From positions 16,772-80,771 of the forward strand of contig CAZEKH010000003.1 of NCBI GenBank assembly GCA_964512925.1: a DNA stretch of 64,000 nt. Direction: 5' to 3'. Source of the DNA: an uncultured Candidatus Saccharibacteria bacterium (GTDB taxonomy: Bacteria > Patescibacteriota > Doudnabacteria > UBA920). The notes beneath the pieces were generated by a model. It was given only the letters and a program-made list of their open reading frames with translations, did no database searches and had not been told where the DNA came from. Of this stretch, positions 58,604 to 64,000 are shown in pieces (position 1 is the first letter of the stretch; each line of letters starts with the position of its first letter). The translations under genes and the position numbers were made by a program.

Positions 58604-61600
58604 CTACTTGATAATTCTCGGATCATTTTTTACCATAATTGGTAAAACCGGTCCTTTTTTAATGGCTGAAATATCGGTTTGATTGGCTTTAACAATAGGC
58701 AAGTTTGTTGTTTGCCTATTACTGTTTAATACTTCTAAAGAAGGTGCCGGTATGTATCCTTCCGGATGAAAATAATAAACGCTTTTTCCTATTCTTACCC
58801 AGCTTCCCCAAGGATGTTCCGTCCTGGGAGAAATAAAACCATAAACTTCGGGTAACTTATAACCGGTCAAGTCAGCTTTGATTACATTTTTTAAAGAGTA
58901 TCCCAGACCAGAAAATATAGAAAAGGAAGGAAATGGTATTTTACTGTTTTCATAAATATAATAAACAGTTTTGTTTTGAATAGCTAAAGATCCGGTTGGC
59001 AAGTATATGGACGGTTTAGGATTATAATTCACCGGATCGGCTTTTGTCTCAACAAGCCTGGCAAAAATCTCCATTTTTGTGAATTTACCCGGATTGTCAT
59101 TTATGATTTTAATATCGTTTTTAACCGTGCTTTGGTACGCTAACAGACTGTTTAGACTGTCAAAAGGGTATAACCCTTCAATTTTTACCAAATAAACAGT
59201 GGGATATCCGGAAAATTTCAAAACCTCGCCTTCTCTGCTGTTAAATGGCAATACTATTAAACTTAAATTTGGATTATTGCTGTTTACAGGCGGATTATTT
59301 TCCTCTGGGGCAGGGGTGGGAGTTGGAGTAGTACTTATGATTTGCGGATTAGAAGTTGGTGTTGGGGTGGGAGTTAGAGTATTAGGAACACCGCTACCAC
59401 CAGAAGAAACCTGGGTTGGAGTTGGTGTTGAATTGTTTTCCGGGGTCGGGGTAGGTGAAGCGGTGGGCGTTGGGGTTGGAGTTGGTGTAGGTGTTACAGA
59501 GGGTTCAGATAAATTCATCTGGTTATTTTCATAAGCAATTCCAAGCTGGCTGGACACGACTGAATTTAGTGAATTTAAATATTCAACTTTATAGTAAGCA
59601 ATTCGAAGGGGTATCAAAGGCAAATAAATTGTACAAGAAGTTGCGCAACTTGCATTTGCATACGAATCAGAATTTTCAAAAAAATACGTTTTATATGTGG
59701 CAGTGGAAGTTGCGGTCGCTACGCAAGATTCCCTTCTACCGTAACAAAAATAATCCGTTGGGCTTCCGTTTTCAACATAACCAAATTTTACCCTTGCCTG
59801 CGTGATGCCCATACCTGTTGGCGCTGTTAGGCTTAAGGCTGCCGGAATAAATGTTTTTCTGTCAATTCCGTCAGCTGTATAAGCAGGCGGATTTTTTATC
59901 ATCCAAATATCAGTCCTCTGCCCATTACCCCAGGTAATACCGGACATAAGCCAAGATCCGTCCGGGATCGGGGTTGCGTTAGAGTATGTGTCTGCCCAAT
60001 TGTATTTTTCCAATTTTTGTGTTAGGTGAACAGGCGAAGACGACCCTGAAGAAGCATAATATTTTGCAATGCCCAAAGAAGCGGCGGGCATAGAAAAGAA
60101 GCACGGCTTGGTGTAATCATAAGACCAACCGCAGTAACCGTCCAAGTAAAGCCCCGGCGCGTTAAAATATACGTCTCCAGCCGATGATCCGGCATAACAT
60201 TCACCAGCCTGATAAACATAACAAAATTTCCAATTGTCAGAATCAGCTGAGGTTATAGAAGAGTTGTATCCGCTAATATCTCCGAGTAATTTGCGACCGG
60301 CAAAAAACACCTGGGGCAAAGTTTTGTAACTTGTCGGAGTGGTTTTGTTTGCCGAGGCTATTTTATATAAATTGCCTGAAATTTGAGTAACGCCGCTTTG
60401 TGTCCACAAACCCCAATCCCCGCCTGATTGTCCGGCCAAGGGGGTTCCATCAAAATAAAAATTAGCTTCTTCGCCAGTGGCATTTACCTGCCTCCAAGAT
60501 GGATGGGTTTGGATATATTGCCCGGCCAGGCTGGTATTGTTTACATCTATCCTGTCAAAACCATAAACTCCGCGTTGAAGCGTGCTGGAAACCGCTGCTA
60601 AAGTTGTTGTTGACCAATTCGGCCATATATCATTTCTAAACGTGTTATATACGCCGTCATATGAGGACATAATAACACCTAAACTAATATCGCCGTGCTG
60701 CGCGGATTGAAGCGTTCTAAATGGCAGCATATTGTCTCCGTGCAAATCATCTCCTTTCCACGCAACATAACCGGCTCCTGTGCACGACTGACATGCCATT
60801 TCAATCTGCCATGTCCCAGAGAATGAGCGTTTTCCAAATGGATGCCAGGGATAATCCAAAGTTGCGGAATGATATTTTTTATAATCCCTTAAAATTACCC
60901 ATTGGTTTCCGCCTAACGATTTGACAAACAATATGCCTTCCTTGGTTCCCCCGCTGTCTGCCGCCTGAGCCTGGTCGCCAACCTGGATATCCATTGTGGG
61001 CGTGGTTGCAGCTGAATTTAGCTGGACTTTTGAAGCATCCCAAGTGCAATCTAAAAGATTTGAGCTTTCCCATGAATTCGGGTTTGCTTTACAAGGCTCT
61101 CCCTGAACAGTGATTGTCGCGCAGTTAGAGCCAGTAGCTCCATCATCCTTATAAACCTGATCTATATCCGAAGGGCAAGTTTCTGTATAAGTGTTAGACA
61201 TTGTGGAAGTGCCGGTTGAACCCACCTGAGTAACGCCGACTTTGTAAGTATCGCCCTGCAAATCTTTGGAAACCCAAAAATTGTATTGATCATTGCCTGC
61301 ATTTTGAAAAGTGTGTGCACCCGACCACCTATGAGGAGCTTTTGAAAAACTGTCAGAGCCTGAAGTTAAAAGACCGGTTGCGGCATTGACAGCGATTAAA
61401 TACGAAGGGTAATCTTGCCCCGCCCAACAACCTACATATATATAAGTTCCTTGCTGAGAGTATGAGCAATAAGGATATCTTGCTGTGTCATAACCATTTG
61501 GATCATTCGCTTCAGCCTGCTGCCAAAGACCTGTTCCTGACGAAGGCTTTGTTAATCTAACTATAGTTTTATATAGCATTGAACCGTCAGAGGTAGTTGA

Positions 61601-63304
61601 AGTCTGATAATTTCCTGTGTAAGTGATTTCCGTAAGGCTAGGGCCATATCCATTTTCAGATGCTTCTCCTACATAACATAAAAACTTGTTCGGATTGGTC
61701 GGATGAAACATCAAATTTGCCCCACAGTCTCCTACTGCTGTCTGGTCAATAGTTGTTGTTGGTGAGAAATAATTAAAAGGAACTTGTATAAAACCCAAAT
61801 ACACGCTTCTTTCCAAAGAAGGTATCCATTCAAAAACCTGACTATTTTTCTTGCACATATAGGCAGTCACCCCTAAATTCGGGTCAGTAAACGAATTGGT
61901 ATTACAGGGAAAATACGAACCATTTGCAGGAGTTTGAAATTGGTCAGAAGCAGCATATCGCATTTTAACTCCATCAACACTCAAAGTGTCTGAAGCGGCG
62001 CTACTTTTTCGAATTAACAGTCCTGTGTTGTTTGCTAAATATGAAGCGCCTGTCTGAGTGCCGGCAGATGAAGACAAAGTCAAAGATTTATTGTGATTAT
62101 AGGAGCTGATAGTATATTCGACTCCGCCAATAGTAATTTTCGTTCCCGCTGTCCAAACCGGGGGAAATGTGTTTCCAGAAATCCAGGTTACAGAAGTGCC
62201 TGAAGTATTTACAGTTCCGGTTTTTGTAGCCAAATCTGGTCTACCTGGGGGGTTTGGAAATCCAACGCCTTTCCAGCCATTTAGCATTGGGGTAGCAAAA
62301 TTGGAAGGAAAAGTTGTTGTTGAGGCTGAGCTGCCAACCGTAATGGATTTCCAGGCGGTTGAACAGGAAATTCCATTAACCGAAATGCAAATTTGAGCAT
62401 TTTGATCATCTGGATTATATGCTTTGATCTGAACTTCAATATCATCTAAAGATTTGCCGATAGTTGTCCATTTTGAATCATTTTGGCAATTACTGTTTGG
62501 GCAAATGGTATCAAATCTTACAAATAAAGGAGAAGTTGTGGATGTTACTGTGGCGTACGAACCATCTATTAAATTTCCATTTGAATCAGAAGACCAGCCG
62601 CCGTTTGGCGCATATGCTACAAGCGAGCTGGTAGCAGTAGTGGTACTTACACCGTAAGTTTGGGGGCGAGTAAAAGGCACCAGTTTCACTCCGGTGTGAG
62701 GGTCATAAAAACTGAAAGATGAGGAGGAAAAATCAATTGTAGGGAAAGCATAATTATCCGGCGCGTTGGAATCATATATTTGCGGCTCGCCGAAATCCGA
62801 CGGTTGCAAGGTATCCGTAGTAAAAGTTCCTGTAGAAATATCTCCGTCGCAATTTATGCGAAAATAGTGCAGAGTATTGTTTTGTAAAGCCCTGGAATAA
62901 TAATTCCCATCGACTCCGGCCTCAGCCTTCCTTTTTCCGATTACAATCATTCTTGACGTGGAGGTGGCCAAACTGGTATCTCTTAAGATATCTATATTTG
63001 AATTGGAAAACAAAGATCCGTTTACATCATTGACGACTGGGGTGTATGAAGAACTTTCACTGACCTCCAAAGTACAGGCTGTTAAATCATCAGTTTCATA
63101 ACTGAGCACGGCCTGAGTGGGCGTGGTTAAAGATACGGTAATAGAACTGTTTAAGCCCAAAATTTGGCCGATTTTGCGACCAATTTGAGTTTCCGAAACC
63201 AGAATTGCGGAACAAGAAACCGCCCCAAATATAAAAATCGCCATTAAAATGATAAAATAATGGTGATTTTTATTATTCAGATAAATTTTGAGCTGATTTA
63301 GCAT
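58604..63304 (-). CDS. Large surface/secreted protein (1566 aa) with Cys/Ser/Thr-rich body, Pro-Thr linker and C-terminal repeats
   Basis: N-terminal TM/signal; beta-rich region with many Cys; TPTPTPTP linker; three T/S-VY..-PF-like repeats at the end. Confidence 0.8.
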   Translation of the reverse strand: MLNQLKIYLNNKNHHYFIILMAIFIFGAVSCSAILVSETQIGRKIGQILGLNSSITVSLTTPTQAVLSYETDDLTACTLEVSESSSYTPVVNDVNGSLFSNSNIDILRDTSLATSTSRMIVIGKRKAEAGVDGNYYSRALQNNTLHYFRINCDGDISTGTFTTDTLQPSDFGEPQIYDSNAPDNYAFPTIDFSSSSFSFYDPHTGVKLVPFTRPQTYGVSTTTATSSLVAYAPNGGWSSDSNGNLIDGSYATVTSTTSPLFVRFDTICPNSNCQNDSKWTTIGKSLDDIEVQIKAYNPDDQNAQICISVNGISCSTAWKSITVGSSASTTTFPSNFATPMLNGWKGVGFPNPPGRPDLATKTGTVNTSGTSVTWISGNTFPPVWTAGTKITIGGVEYTISSYNHNKSLTLSSSAGTQTGASYLANNTGLLIRKSSAASDTLSVDGVKMRYAASDQFQTPANGSYFPCNTNSFTDPNLGVTAYMCKKNSQVFEWIPSLERSVYLGFIQVPFNYFSPTTTIDQTAVGDCGANLMFHPTNPNKFLCYVGEASENGYGPSLTEITYTGNYQTSTTSDGSMLYKTIVRLTKPSSGTGLWQQAEANDPNGYDTARYPYCSYSQQGTYIYVGCWAGQDYPSYLIAVNAATGLLTSGSDSFSKAPHRWSGAHTFQNAGNDQYNFWVSKDLQGDTYKVGVTQVGSTGTSTMSNTYTETCPSDIDQVYKDDGATGSNCATITVQGEPCKANPNSWESSNLLDCTWDASKVQLNSAATTPTMDIQVGDQAQAADSGGTKEGILFVKSLGGNQWVILRDYKKYHSATLDYPWHPFGKRSFSGTWQIEMACQSCTGAGYVAWKGDDLHGDNMLPFRTLQSAQHGDISLGVIMSSYDGVYNTFRNDIWPNWSTTTLAAVSSTLQRGVYGFDRIDVNNTSLAGQYIQTHPSWRQVNATGEEANFYFDGTPLAGQSGGDWGLWTQSGVTQISGNLYKIASANKTTPTSYKTLPQVFFAGRKLLGDISGYNSSITSADSDNWKFCYVYQAGECYAGSSAGDVYFNAPGLYLDGYCGWSYDYTKPCFFSMPAASLGIAKYYASSGSSSPVHLTQKLEKYNWADTYSNATPIPDGSWLMSGITWGNGQRTDIWMIKNPPAYTADGIDRKTFIPAALSLTAPTGMGITQARVKFGYVENGSPTDYFCYGRRESCVATATSTATYKTYFFENSDSYANASCATSCTIYLPLIPLRIAYYKVEYLNSLNSVVSSQLGIAYENNQMNLSEPSVTPTPTPTPTPTASPTPTPENNSTPTPTQVSSGGSGVPNTLTPTPTPTSNPQIISTTPTPTPAPEENNPPVNSNNPNLSLIVLPFNSREGEVLKFSGYPTVYLVKIEGLYPFDSLNSLLAYQSTVKNDIKIINDNPGKFTKMEIFARLVETKADPVNYNPKPSIYLPTGSLAIQNKTVYYIYENSKIPFPSFSIFSGLGYSLKNVIKADLTGYKLPEVYGFISPRTEHPWGSWVRIGKSVYYFHPEGYIPAPSLEVLNSNRQTTNLPIVKANQTDISAIKKGPVLPIMVKNDPRIIK

Positions 63305-63364
63305 TTGCGAAAAATTTCTAAAATATTATCTCATAAATTTAAAAGCTTGTCAATTTTAAAATCG

Positions 63365-63682
63365 CTACTTACCTCTTCTTTTAAGTGAAATTTTCTTGTC
63401 TTTATTTTTTGCTAGTTGCTCCTTAATTTTTAAGATTGCCGAGTCTAAAGCTGTATAAAAATCCGGCCCCCAAGAATCCGCATAATAACCTCTTGGCTGT
63501 AAGTCTATTTCTGCCCGATGAACTAGCCCACTTTGGTGTTTTTTTGACACTTCAAGCTCTACGCGCACTTTGTCTTCACTTTTCAAAAACTTTTGTATAG
63601 TGCTGATTTTATCTTCTATAAACTCCCTGATTGGCGGTGTTAATGTTGTATTGGTAGCTTTGATTGTTATTGGATTTTTCAT
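63365..63682 (-). CDS. hpf: Ribosome hibernation factor (HPF/RaiA)
   Basis: LTPPIREFIEDKI, RAEIDL, DFYTALD..KIKEQL. Confidence 0.88.
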   Translation of the reverse strand: MKNPITIKATNTTLTPPIREFIEDKISTIQKFLKSEDKVRVELEVSKKHQSGLVHRAEIDLQPRGYYADSWGPDFYTALDSAILKIKEQLAKNKDKKISLKRRGK

Positions 63683-63719
63683 ACTGTAAAAATTAATTAT
63701 TAATAATATTATAACATAG

Positions 63720-64000
63720 TCATAGTTTTGTTTTGTCTATGCCGAGAAACTCCGGTTCTATCTGAAGTTTTATACCGGTTTGGTTAAAAACAGACTCAAT
63801 AACCAACTTGGCTAAATTTAATACATCTGAGCTTGAAGCCTGCCCAGTGCTGTTGATTATAACCAAAGGCTGGTTGGAATTTATCTTTGCTCCTCCAGAT
63901 TTTAGGTTTTTTAGTCCGCAAATTTCTATCAAATACGCGGAAGGAATTTTTACGATTCGTTCTTCACGAAAAATTTTTGATTCCAAATCATCAGCTTTCG
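63720..64000 (-). CDS. murB: UDP-N-acetylmuramate dehydrogenase, C-terminal part (cut by the window edge)
   Basis: KIPSAYLIEICGLK, QPLVIIN, V...TGIKLQIEP. Confidence 0.85.
   Translation of the reverse strand, partial: KADDLESKIFREERIVKIPSAYLIEICGLKNLKSGGAKINSNQPLVIINSTGQASSSDVLNLAKLVIESVFNQTGIKLQIEPEFLGIDKTKL

Noticed and set aside
59310-59497. GGTGT/GGGGT-rich DNA repeat
   Set aside because: Codon pattern of the Pro-Thr linker with variable third positions

Overview
Low-GC, gene-dense bacterial chromosome segment with almost all genes on the minus strand, read in standard code 11. Gene content suggests a Patescibacteria/CPR organism (inference): DUF4012 protein, DUF87/VirD4-like ATPase pair, sigma70-r4/HARE-HTH protein, proteins with pilin-like domains. 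It is mostly housekeeping: lysS, greA, gyrB, a single-chain mitochondrial-type PheRS, a UvrD-nuclease fusion, rmuC, hsp20, a CCA enzyme, a full F-ATPase operon, murI, lepA, murJ, ftsW-murD-mraY, trxA, secDF, pepN, sua5, secA, hpf and partial murB. The most unusual signal is at the two tRNA loci. (1) A complete tRNA-Thr(CGT) is nested in the D-loop of a second, otherwise perfect tRNA-Thr(CGT), inside a scaffold of short palindromes. (2) An intact tRNA-Met is bracketed by a 5' half and a 3' half of a Met-like tRNA, each joined to a TCCGCC-Nn-GGCGGA palindrome. (3) tRNA-fMet has a group I intron, and a small GIY-YIG nuclease gene lies between a duplicated fMet 5' end plus palindrome and the intact gene. 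Related short palindromes and heptamer repeats also occur in frame in atpD, atpG, pepN and lepA, and a GxxExxY nuclease-like gene with flush inverted repeats sits inside the atp operon. No CRISPR array, integrase, transposase or reverse transcriptase was seen. All family calls come from recognising motifs by eye, not from database searches.
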